Positions 1 through 11,739 of a stretch of 35,496 nt of DNA are shown here, one piece after another. Under the pieces are notes generated by a model that was not told where the DNA came from, made no database searches, and saw nothing but the letters and a program-made list of their open reading frames with translations. Position numbers and translations under genes: made by a program. This DNA is from Proteromonas lacertae (Eukaryota). How positions within the stretch are numbered: the stretch's first letter is position 1; each line of letters starts with the position of its first letter. The stretch spans positions 1-35,496 of the forward strand of contig NGBS01000652.1 in assembly GCA_002245135.1 (NCBI GenBank). Direction: 5' to 3'.

Positions 1-699
1 GAAATTATACACCTGTTCATCACTTAAAGTCAAATTACTACTTATTCCTGATATGCAAATAGAATATTTTAAAATATTACTTAGTGAAAAAATAATCCAA
101 ATATTAATATGAATAATAGATAGTCATTTATCTTTATTAAATTATCTAATGGTATATACAAAATAAATTATATATATATACTACAATAACTAAAGTAATC
201 ACGAAAATTGGAAGACTTTCTATATCAATCAAATCATTTATATCTTCGATTAAAATAAAATCAGTGAATGGCTTTTCATTCCATTTATTTAAGTATTTCA
301 TTTGAATAAGCGAAATTTCATAATTTGACACTATAATATCATAAATTATATTGCATATACAGTAATACACAGTAGCTATTTTTTATTTATATCAGATAAA
401 GGATATAGTAACTCACTCTTCTTTAATTTCTTACTTCTGCTAAGTGCATCTTGATATGACATAATCTATATAGGATTCAGTGAATTTAATTTTTTACCTC
501 TTTGTTAAGATTCTGTTTCTGGCATTTTATTTCTTAATAATCTTATTTATAGCCGTTTCATATAACCAAAATTAGAAAAAAAATAAAAAAATAATATACA
601 ACAAAAACATTTCATTAATTTAAATTACATTATCTATAATTGCAAATCCATTTCCTATATAAATACATCAAATATAATAATAGATAAATACAAAATCTT

Positions 700-2950
700 G
701 AAATATTTGTGAAGGTTTTATATTCTTCTCCAGTCTCTTATATATTCTCTCAAATAATCAGGTAATTTTGACATATTATTACCTATTTCTAACAATTCTT
801 TCGCATTGGAATACATATTACTTCTTACAAATGAATCAAAATCATTTGTTTGCATCAAATGAAATATTTCATTTTGAGCTTCATCAAATATATCAATTGA
901 AGGCTAAATAAATAAATAAATATATATATATATATATAATATATAACAAATACATTATCATTTTTGTATAACATATCACTAATTCTTTTCTTTTGACTTG
1001 CAGAAACATTCACTTCATATTCTGATTCATCTGCAATATATTTTTATATATCATATTAGCTAAATTTCCTTCATGATCTTCATATCTATCTCTATAGATA
1101 TTCACTATTACCCAAAACCTTAAATTTTCAGTACAAAGTCTTTTATCTAAGAATTCCTTGAAGAATATGAATGTAACAGGATGTTCGAGTATGGCTTGAA
1201 AGGAATGTTCATCTTCTGAAGAAATTTCTTTTTGGTTTTTGAATGAATTGATACAATTTGGTATTACCATTAATAAATATAATTACGAATTCAACTAGGG
1301 ATATTGAAAAATGAAAGATTTTATCCATCAATATATAACCATTATAAGTAAAGATATTCCTGTTATATAGATTCCAATGAATAACTCATAAATTGATAGA
1401 ACAAATATCAAATAATAGTTCCAATCTTTCCACTTTCTGTTGTATAAGATATCATTACAAAATAAATATAATCCTATGATTATATAAAAGAATATTGTTA
1501 TCATCAATGGAATTGAATAAAACTCTGAAACTGAACAAGTGTAATATTCTATTTCATAACTTTCATGTACAATATATGATTTTTTTCTAAGTCTACTCCT
1601 ACATAAGCAAATATAAATATTGGGTAAAAAAGAAAATAAAAATTAAAGAAATATAAATATACATAATATATATATAAAAGAAGATATAATATCAACAATT
1701 AATGAAAATAACCATCTTAAAAATAATAAAATAATGAGTGGTATTTCAATAATTCTTGATTTCTTTGATCATTTGGATAATGAATTTGAAATAATGAACA
1801 TTTATATGTTATTATAAAAATCAAAAAACTGGTTAATAACATCATATGACATTTACTATATCAATATTAAAATAAAATTATAAATACGTTTTGTTTAAAT
1901 TCAATGTAGATGTATATAATGTTAATGACAATATTACTAACGAACCAAATGTTATTATATATTCAATTATTACTTCTTTACTTCGATATTTCTTCTTCTT
2001 ATAAAGAATACATATAGCTATATTGATTAATAAGATTATAAACATTATAATTCCTGTTATTGTATAATATATACAATGTCATATTGATAATCATCTATTT
2101 TATTATATTTATGGTTAATTATACAACAATTTATAATGTCTGTTTGATATAAGTTCTCATCGACATTACAGAGTTTTGGTTCTTTCCATATATATCTTTA
2201 TTCCTTTTTATTATTTTATACATTCACTTTCTTCACTTTTCATATTTTTTATTGAACATTTACATTCTTCATTTGACAGTGTTTTTGTTTCATTTGTTGA
2301 TATATTTATATTATAAATAAACCTTTTACCATCTGAATGACATGGACCATTCATTATTATTGTATTATTTTCAGTTTCTTTTTCAGATTTTGTATATTCA
2401 TTTGTTGATTTCATGAAATAGGGTTTAACTTTTACTCCAAAACTATTTGGTTTGAAAAATATTGATATAAATCTGTTACAGTCTTTTATACTCATTGATT
2501 TTTACAAGAAACAATATATTTATTATCTAAGATAAGTTTATTTTCATAATTATCGGTTAATTTCGAAGGAGCAAAGGATAATGAGTTTGATGTGATTACC
2601 ATGTCGGAATATTCTGTATTAACATCATTATCACCATCATAAATATGAATATCACTTGTTGAGAATAAACTAAACACTATAAACAAAAAATTATACTCAT
2701 TCACATATTCCACTATTCTATTATCATTTTTTAATTCATTTAATGCACTTTTAACCAATATAACGTTTAGCTATTGATATAGACAAAAAAAGATACACAT
2801 CTAACATATGGAAATATTAGCAGTATAATAACATAAATATTATATAATTCCATTAATTCAAGTTGTCTTCTATCTTTTTTAGAATATAATGAAAGAAGTT
2901 ACAATGAATAACGATTATTGAAGTATCAAACCAATATTCAAGCCTATTTT
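700..2950 (-). CDS. Multi-exon membrane protein: N-terminal extracellular region, several TM segments, C-terminal RGS domain (7TM-RGS-like). Several frameshifts, so pseudogene or consensus errors; boundaries approximate
   Basis: ORF 1010-1270 reads SFQAILEHPVTFIFFKEFLDKRLCTENLRFW (RGS helices 3-4). After an intron at ~904-953 it continues PSIDIFDEAQNEIFHLMQTNDFDSF (RGS end). Hydrophobic segments at ~1300-2070 (e.g. ITGIIMFIILLINIAICILYKKKK); Cys-containing hydrophilic ORFs at 2211-2758. Confidence 0.7.
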
Positions 2951-3059
2951 CCTAAAACAAAAATAAATATGATAATAACATTTTATATAAGGTTAGTTAT
3001 TAATTATATAATTTATAATGCTTAATTATTACCTTCCTATGATGTTTTATTTAACTATG

Positions 3060-3690
3060 ATATATCAAATTCTTTTAACATTCTGTGTATTATCTCTTTC
3101 ATCATCTCATCATATTCTACATCTAAACTGTATTTACATCCAAAGATAATATTCATTGTTATTATCTTCATTAAATGGTAATTTCTTAAACATCATTTCA
3201 TATAATTGACTAAATCACACTTCCTTCATTACATTCTAATTCATTCAGCCTCTTCTGGACTTGTGAAGCATATATCATACAATCAATATCTTCTTTCTTT
3301 TCTTATTTCATTTAAGAATAAATCACATATCTTTATTTTATCATCTTCTTCATATATTACATTCCTACTCTTCAAATTACCAACTGTTACATCATAATTC
3401 GTTTAATATCATCAATATATCACATAATAAACATATCATATTACATATTATATTCCAATAAATAACAGCTTTATTCAGATTATCTAACCATACGTTTTCT
3501 GCATTTATATATTGTCCAATAAATTGATCACACTACTTTCATTCTCTAAAAATACACTTACTTCTCTAAAATACTCTTTCATCACTTTATACTCATATTG
3601 TATATTAAATACACTTATTTGTTCCATTTATAGTAATTTATTAATATATATCTACATCGTTTGTAGTATTGAACAGCGCATTTTGATTGC
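3060..3690 (-). pseudogene. Degenerate relic of the pseudokinase family also found at 15932 and 26575
   Basis: The reverse strand at ~3150-3260 reads LECNEGSVI*S...LYEMMFKKLPFNEDNN, matching LECDDKSVIWSIGCILYEMICKKLPFNEDDN of ORF 26668-27558; stops and frameshifts present. Confidence 0.65.
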
Positions 3691-3802
3691 AATATTTATT
3701 TCGCACTATTCACTTTCTATATTGAGAAAATAAGAATTATTAATTCTAGGCTTGATTCTTCTGGCTTGTTTTGAAACAGTTATTTTTCTTTTATTTAAAA
3801 AT

Positions 3803-4475
3803 ATGGAAGTATATAATAATTTGTTTCTATATAAAACTAGAATTTGAAAGATTTGAATCCTAAAACGATGTCTGAACTATATTCTGACATGGCAAACTAT
3901 CATTAAAGACTTTGTTTGTAGTATAGACGAAAGTAACAACGAATTCAATCATATTTTAAATGAGTTAAACATCTGGAGATCATACTCGATCAATCGAAGT
4001 ATGTTTTATATTTGTATTAAAAAAGTAGGTATCCGAAAGAGTTCTTCGATTATATGATGAAGAATGTGAATATATTAATAATTTGATAATATGGAAAGTA
4101 TAAAAATGAATTTTAATTAATAGAATGAATTATTAATGACTCAAGCTTTGGCCAAACAACATTCTAACAAAATTTCTAATCATTATATCAGGATTATATC
4201 GCCTAAAATCATTATTAAGAGTAAGTATAGACGAAAGTTGTAAAAGGTTAAAAGAATATGCAAATCTTTCAATGAAAGAAAAAGAGTTAATAAAATTACG
4301 AAAAGAATTGAATAGAAAAGATATTGAACTAAATTTCGAAAGATTAAGATGTATGGAAAGTAAACAAAAATTGAAAAGTGCAATTTCAATGATTTGAGAT
4401 TAAAAGCAGAAAGAAAGTATTTTAGATGGTATAGACTATATATGAAATTATTATTAAAACACTCAAAAAAACCAG

Positions 4476-4507
<32 letters not shown>

Positions 4508-6503
4508 CTTATAATAGAGAATAATTCAAAAAGTTGAAAATAAAGATAATACAAATACTTTTTCAAATCAAAGAGAAAATGAAGTATAAAATATAAATAT
4601 ATAAATGAATTTATAATTATTATAATAATTATTATTATTATTATTATTAGGAAAGAGAAATTGAAAAACATTTTTTACAAAGTGTATAGTTATTATTATT
4701 ATTATTAATTATTATTATTATATAAATGTTTAGTCATCAAATCCATTTGAAGCAAGAGAAAAACTAAAAGCATTTAAACGAAATAGTAATAATCTTTCAC
4801 CTCATCCTCCACCATCTCCATTACAGGCAAAAATAATAAATTTATTCCACTAAGTTCATCAAATCCACGAAATATAAATAATAATAATTCATTATTTGGA
4901 GATATAATGAATGATATGAAAAAAGATGATACAAGTTCAAAATTAGCTGATATATTAAAAAATAGTAGTGGTAATAATACATACTCTACACCGTCTGCTA
5001 CACCACGAATGTCAATGTTAAATAGTAGGAGAAGTTCAACAATGAATGGAAAGATGATTAATTCAAATCCAATTACTTTATCAAATTCTCCAATTCCACA
5101 ACAAAAGAAATATTTGACCGATTGAATTTAATAAAATGAATTTATTTCCTATTACAAATAGTTATAAAGAAAAAGAAAATAATAAAAAATTATCAATTGG
5201 CAATGAATTGTTGTGAATTGAATATTTCTGCAACTTCAAATAATAATATAAACAGTTTAAATAGAAAATCGAATATAATTAAATCAAATAAAGTTTCTCC
5301 AAGAAATTCATTTTTGAATAATAATAATAAAAGAAAGTCAAGTGTAATAACAAACCCAAGAAAATCAAATACACCTAATACAGTCAATACACCTAATACA
5401 ACAAATACAATTCAAAATGAAGAAAATAACAATGAAATTCATAATGAGAATAAAGAAACAATAGAAAAAATAAATGAAATAGAAACCAAAATAAAAACAT
5501 TATTAAAAGATGAAGATAATAATCAATCATCGTCATTATTATCCAATCAAAATTCAGCATCAACAATAGATAGCCAATCATTATACAGCATTCCAAAACC
5601 ATTAGATATTGAAGAAAAAGATTATGATAATATATTATTATCAACTCATCAACAATTAAAGCTTTTACAACAACAACAACAATCAAATAATAATAATAAT
5701 AATCAAGAAGAAGAAGAAGATATTAATCCTGACGAATTGGAAAGAAGATTAAAATTAAAAGAAATGGAATTAAAGAGTGAATATAATCAATATCAACAAC
5801 AACAACAACATCATCATCAACAAGAGTTGGATTTTCAACAATGGGAATTAAAACAACAACAACAACAGCAACAACAGAAACAATTTGAAAATGAAAATGA
5901 AGAAATAGAGATTGATGAGAATGAATTAAATTATAAAAAACATTCTCCAACTAATATTATTATTAATAATATGAAAGAGATAGAAAATACTAAAAAACAT
6001 CAACAAATTCCAATTATTCCTGATACTGAATCAAGTATATTTATGGATTATCAAAGTCCAACTAGATTAAGCAAATTACAGCAAGAAGAAAAAGAAGAAA
6101 AAGAGATAATAAAATCTGTACCACGTTTTACTCGAAAGAGTGTAGAACAAAAGCAGCAGAAAAGAAAATCTTCCAATATAATGAACAATATAACTCCAAA
6201 TACATCTAATCGTAATTCAACCACTTCGCCAATATCTAAGAGCTATTCTTTTAATAGTAATGATTCTATTCTTACTCCTATCAATATAAAAAATAGAGAT
6301 TTAGAAGGTGCTAGAAGAAATACTTTAGATGCTAGTCAGTGGTATAATACAAATGCTTCAGCTACTACTAATGTATATTCTAATGTGACTAGAATTCCTC
6401 AGATTGTGATGCCTCCACCTGAAAGACCAAAATGTATATATTTTATAGATTTATATATTTTAATGTAATATATATAGATGTAATATCCAGAAAAATAAAG
6501 TAG
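3803..6503 (+). CDS. Multi-exon hypothetical protein with a long Q/N/E/S-rich low-complexity C-terminal part; 5' exons uncertain and frameshifted
   Basis: ORFs 4907-5125 and 5197-6468, several short GT..AG introns, and a probable last intron 6437-6477 followed by VISRKIK-stop (TAG 6501-6503). No recognisable domain. Confidence 0.5.
4481..4720. repeat. Intronic microsatellites, (TA)n and (ATT)n
   Basis: TA run 4481-4507; ATT runs ~4610-4648 and ~4691-4720. Other TA runs near 921 and 29329. Confidence 0.8.
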
Positions 6504-6612
6504 TTAATTATTTTTTAATCTATCTATTGTGTTTTATTGTTAATTATGTTTTGAACAAGATCTGAGTTAGTAGAAATCGTAGATACTTTTCGATCTTTTT
6601 TTTTCTAAATCA

Positions 6613-8076
6613 ATGTTTCGTTGTGGTAATCTTAGCAAATCAATTTCAAAACTCCATGGTGCAGCTAGATTCGCTAGTTATGATGTAGCTGTAATTGGTG
6701 GAGGTCCAGGTGGTTATGTTTGTGCTATTCGTTTAGGTCAACTTGGTAAGAAAGTAGTATGTATAGATCCAAGAGGACAATTTGGTGGAACTTGCTTAAA
6801 TGTTGGTTGTATTCCAACTAAAGCATTATTACACACAACCGAAGAATTCGAGAAAACTAAAACCAAATTTGCTAAGCAAGGTATTATTCTTCCACAACCG
6901 GCAAAAGTTGATATGAAAAAGATGATGGCAAACAAAGATGTAGTAGTAAAAGGATTAACCTCAGGAATTGAATTGTTATTCAAGAAAAACAAAGTAATAG
7001 GCATGAAAGGTAAAGCCACATTCACATCACCAACTCAATTGAAAGTGAAGTTGAATGATGGTAAAGAAGAGACTGTAGACTTCAAAAATGCCGTAATTGC
7101 TTCAGGTTCAATTCCAAGACCATTACCATCAGCTCCAGTTGATAATAAAGTTGGTAGAATAATTGATTCTACTGGTGCTTTATCATTACAAGTAATTCCC
7201 TCCAAATTAGCAGTAATTGGTGGTGGAGTAATTGGATTAGAAATAGGTTCAGTTTATAGCCGTTTAGGTTCAAAAGTAACAGTGATTGAATCAATGCCAA
7301 ATATAATTCCATTTGTAGATACCGAAATGCGTACTAAACTAGAAAAAGAATTATCAAAATCAATGAAATTTATAAAAAGCACAAATGTAGTTGCAAGTTC
7401 AATCAAAGGAGAAGAAGTAGAAATAACAATGGAATCAAATGGTAAAAAAACAAATGAAAAATTCAGTCATGTATTAGTAGCCATTGGAAGAATTCCTTAT
7501 TATGAAGGATTAGGATTAGAAAAAATTGGAGTGAAACTAGATGAAAGAGGAAGAATAGAAACAGATAACATGTGTCACACGAATATAAATAATATTTATG
7601 CAATTGGTGATTGTATCAAAGGTCCAATGCTTGCTCATAAAGCTGAAGAAGATGGAATGTTTGTAGCTAATACAATAGGTAATAGTCGAACAGGTGAATT
7701 AAGTTATGATGTAATTCCAAGTGTAATTTATACTTATCCTGAATTAGCATGTGTTGGTAAGACAGAAGATGAGTTAAAAAAAGCTGGAATAAAATATAAA
7801 CGAGGTAATTTCCCATTTATGGGAAATGGAAGAGCAAAAGCGATGAATATGGCTGAAGGAAATGTAAAAATCTTAGCTGATAAAGAAAGTGATAAAATCT
7901 TAGGAATTCATATTTTAGGTGGTTATGCAAGTGAAATGATAGCTGAAGCTTGTTTAGCTGTTGAATATGGTGCCAGTAGTGAAGATATTGGTAGAACTTG
8001 TCATGCTCATCCTACTTTATCTGAAGCAGTTAAAGAAGCAGCAATGGCAACTTATGATAAATGTATTCATGCATAA
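6613..8076 (+). CDS. DLD: Dihydrolipoamide dehydrogenase (E3) with a probable mitochondrial/MRO targeting peptide; intronless, 487 aa
   Basis: FAD motif VAVIGGGPGGYV, redox disulfide GGTCLNVGCIP, NAD motif VIGGGVIGLE, C-terminal HAHPTLSE; basic Arg/Ser-rich N-terminus. Confidence 0.97.
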   Translation: MFRCGNLSKSISKLHGAARFASYDVAVIGGGPGGYVCAIRLGQLGKKVVCIDPRGQFGGTCLNVGCIPTKALLHTTEEFEKTKTKFAKQGIILPQPAKVDMKKMMANKDVVVKGLTSGIELLFKKNKVIGMKGKATFTSPTQLKVKLNDGKEETVDFKNAVIASGSIPRPLPSAPVDNKVGRIIDSTGALSLQVIPSKLAVIGGGVIGLEIGSVYSRLGSKVTVIESMPNIIPFVDTEMRTKLEKELSKSMKFIKSTNVVASSIKGEEVEITMESNGKKTNEKFSHVLVAIGRIPYYEGLGLEKIGVKLDERGRIETDNMCHTNINNIYAIGDCIKGPMLAHKAEEDGMFVANTIGNSRTGELSYDVIPSVIYTYPELACVGKTEDELKKAGIKYKRGNFPFMGNGRAKAMNMAEGNVKILADKESDKILGIHILGGYASEMIAEACLAVEYGASSEDIGRTCHAHPTLSEAVKEAAMATYDKCIHA

Positions 8077-8262
8077 ATAATATTAATTATTATTTACTTA
8101 AAATGGTGTTTGTTTCATCAATTTATCCATATTTAATAATATATTTCTATTGTATTATTCTTGTATTCTGTATTTTGAATTAAACTGAACATTTTCAATT
8201 TTCTTGATAAATAAACGAATTGATTTTCACTGAACATTTCAATTCTATTTAATTTCTTTAAA

Positions 8263-10730
8263 ATGGACTATAAAGCAGAATATATATTAACTAAAGGAAT
8301 AGGTGAGATAAAGAGAGTAAATTACCGAAAATTGTCTGATGTAGAACTTCAAAAGAAAGGAAAGGAAGAAATAATCTTAAAAGAAGCTGACAGTGATTGT
8401 GATGATGTAGTTAGTATCACGTATGCTTTTATTGATGGTAATCATAATCCTACTCGTCGAAATGTGTTATTTATCCAAAGAAGCTGTTATGATGAGATAT
8501 ATAAAGATATGAAGACATATATGGATAAGTCATTGCCAAGGCAAAAGAATTTTTTGGTATATGAATGTACAAATAGGGAAAACAATGTTTTGTGTGTATT
8601 TATTAAGACAGTTTTTATCCAGAGAATATGACGACTGTCAGGTGATATATAGATACAAAGAAGATAAATATTTTGTGAAGAATCCCCATTCATAATTATA
8701 TGAAGAATCAACAGCATTAGTAGAAAAACAAGGAGTTAAGTCAATAATAATCAGTGAAAATATACCAATAAGTGAAAATGAATATAGTGATTTTGATGTT
8801 GTTATACTTGTTACATCTCCAGATTTGTCTAATTATAAAGTGATGAGGTGCAAAAGAGCTCCAATACAGTATTGTATTCTTCCATTTGATATATATGAAA
8901 TGCAACTGTTTTGGAATATGAATGATTTTAAAAATAGAACAGATATTTATGGAGGAATTTCTGGATTATATACTATAGCTCCAGAATTAGCAATTAGTCA
9001 ATGTGATGTTAAAAAAGTAACTGCTATACCTGAAAAATTGAGATTTATATCTGATTATATAAGAGATAAGGCAATGCAAATGATCAGAATAATTTACCAC
9101 CAGTTGGTCCAATTAGTAAAGAAGCAGAAAATAATAGAGAGATTATGTTATTTAATCAGAATAATTTACTACTACCTAATGGAAGTGGTAATTCATTACT
9201 TTATAGTCAAAATAATCTTCTTCAATATAAACCAATTAATCCAAATACAAGTTCTAAAAGATCATGTATTATATTTATATTATTTATTTATAATTAAATA
9301 GCTGTTGATTATATGAGATTAATATTTAATAACGATTATAAAATTCCTGAATTTCATCAAAATGAATCATTCATAAAATTACCTGATAATGTTAAGATAT
9401 TCCAATATCCAACGAATTATGTATTAGTAAGAGATTTTTATAAACTCTTAATTATGAAAAAGAAAAGATAAAAAGTGACATAGATGTAAAAGTACCACAG
9501 ACAAGTTATTATCTTTTGAGAGGCCAGCCAGGATGTGGAAAATCCTCCTTTACAATTTATTTTATAACCAAATTCATTGAATTGAAGAAAGAATTAAAAA
9601 TTCCTGATTTAAGTTTTACATATATTAAAAGTTCAAAACAAGAAGATAAATCAAATCCTGACAAAGATAAATGCTATTTAAAAGATTGCCACTTAGATGA
9701 AGGTGGAAAAATAATTCATCCTGACATAATTATATGTGATTCAGAGAATATTATCCCTAAATACTATAAAGACTATAACATAATTATAAATGTAACTTCT
9801 CCAGATAGTAAGAATTATTCAAATATAAGTGAATTTATTAATTATAAGAAGATATACTTCTATTTAGATATTTGTAGTGATGATAAAATAGTGAAATGGA
9901 AAAACAAATGTTTACCATCCGAATTAGGCAAAGTAATTGATAAATTTCTCCCATTTTATAACAATGTTCCAAGACATTTATATTTTGCAGCAATATATGA
10001 TGTTTATTATGAAGGAAGAAGTTATTGGGATGATATATATACCAATTGTATAAACACAATAGCTACAGATATAGGTTATTATGAGTTTATAAAGAAGTTT
10101 TTTTGTCCATGCCAAAATGTAGATAATAATTTAGAAAATGATAATAATTTATATAAAAAAGAAACTAAGAATGATAGATTTGATACAGATTTATCACATT
10201 ATGTATTTAAATATAAAGTCAAAAGTTATGATTCAATTGATAAATATCAATTAGAATTCGTTTCAAAAGAAATATTTAGATATGTTTACAATTGTGTTAG
10301 TCATAGATTAAGTAGAAAAGAATGTCAATTATTACATGATTATTATTATAAAGAAATAATTTACAATCAAAATCATCCATTATATAAAATATTATACAAT
10401 GAATTAGTATGGTATAGAATAATTCACAATAAAAATTGGTCAGGTGTTGGAATAACAGAATTTGATAATGGTTTAAAAACTATATTTAATGACTTTAACA
10501 ATAATTGTTGTAAATCAGAAGCATTAGGAGAAGGATATTATGTTGGTGAATTTTATATTGCTAATGTTGATGATGTTTTTAATAATGTAATAATACATTT
10601 ATCAAATAACAACAATAGAGATGAAATAATTGATGAAAATATTTATGATAGATTGATGAAATATCGTGATGCAATTGGTGGTATAGAAATATATTATTTA
10701 ATAGCAACAAATGATGAAAAAAGAAAATAA
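8263..10730 (+). CDS. Crinkler/RHS-like protein with two tandem P-loop NTPase modules (first lacks a Walker A); 5' half frameshifted
   Basis: Module 2: YVLVRDFY..LRGQPGCGKS..IIICDS..INVTSPD..YNNVPR. Module 1: LFIQRSCY..ILVTSPD..YGGISG, spread over several frames. Confidence 0.6.
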
Positions 10731-10910
10731 TATTTCATCTAAATAATTAAATTGATCTTCTTTCAATCCTATCACACAAATCATATTAACTGAATATCTT
10801 AATATATCAATTGGATATAAAATATCATCACATACAACTTTGATCATCAGATAACTCCAGCATACTTTTTACTTACATGATTATCTAAATACACTTTATT
10901 TAAGGTATAC

Positions 10911-11152
10911 ACTTTCTTCTCATTCGATAATCTAATTAAAATTCAAAAATATTTCAATCGCATAATCTATATAGGATGGTCAACATATGGTGTGATATCA
11001 CACCATATGTTGACCATCCTATCTTTTAAAGTTCAAGCCAAATCACTTTTGAAACGCATCTATTTTTCTATTAATCAAATTTCTTATAAGACTTACAAAT
11101 AATGCTAATTAACTATGTAAATCATAAACACAACACCCCACACAAACACAAT
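10911..11152 (+). repeat. Left arm of a long imperfect inverted repeat, containing a perfect 52-bp palindrome (10971-11022)
   Basis: ATAGGATGGTCAACATATGGTGTGAT|ATCACACCATATGTTGACCATCCTAT; both flanks align to the reverse complement of 13122-13381 (e.g. CCAAATCACTTTTGAAACG, ATAAGACTT, ATAATGCTAATTAA). Confidence 0.9.
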
Positions 11153-11264
11153 TAATCATTTGAACCAATTCCAACATCCTCATCTTCCGCTCTTCTTTTT
11201 TGTTGGAATTTTACTTTTGATTTGTAGTAGTTTTCATTTTCAATTTATTATATTTATAAAATAA

Positions 11265-11689
11265 ATGGTTCTACCGGTAGAAAGAATAGTACTGCATATT
11301 TACAACAGTAATGAACAAAGCAAAGCAAGTAGTATATTTGAAATTCATTCAAGATAATCAGCACCAGATGAGCAAATATCAGTATAATACGTGTAGTAAT
11401 ATTGTTTTAGGTACAAAGGCAACTTTTTAGATGACTGCTTAAAAAAATTTGTCCAAATATGTCTAAATTATTAGAAATAGCCTTTGTACAGAATGAAGAT
11501 ACTAGTTTTCGTAATTTATTCCATATGAGTCAGTCCACGTTTTTAAGTCTTTCTGATTATATAAAGTCAATAATTAGAAAAGGTGGATATATGTTAGCTG
11601 ATTATGGTTATTCAAACATAGATATGATTATTACACCATATAAAATGTATAATGATTTGTCGCGCGCGATAAAGAAATCTGCGCAATAA
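11265..11689 (+). pseudogene. Internally deleted PIF/Harbinger (DDE_Tnp_4-like) transposase fragment
   Basis: FRNLFHMSQSTFLSLSDYI (Harbinger N-terminal FxxxFRMSxxTFxxL motif) is joined almost directly to YMLADYGY....IITPY (second catalytic Asp motif). Confidence 0.7.
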
Positions 11690-11739
11690 AGGAGTTATAT
11701 TTGTATGGATTTATAATTAATCTGAAAAAATTTAATGTA

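Noticed and set aside
1..480. Minus-strand fragments of a possible membrane protein gene (ORF 146-370)
   Set aside because: Cut by the window edge with no recognisable motif; cannot be supported as a call.
4183..4671. 162-aa hydrophobic minus-strand ORF
   Set aside because: Antisense shadow of A-rich exons and TA/ATT microsatellites of the plus-strand gene.
5393..7025. Short antisense ORFs over the Q-rich gene and DLD (similar ones over the EGF, kinase and MCM5 genes)
   Set aside because: They overlap well-supported genes on the other strand and have no motifs; poly-V/Y/L runs mirror CAA/AAT repeats.
700..9510. Stop-codon reassignment or programmed frameshifting as the cause of broken ORFs
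   Set aside because: Long genes translate cleanly with the standard code and end at TAA or TGA; breaks behave as indels, consistent with decay or sequencing error.
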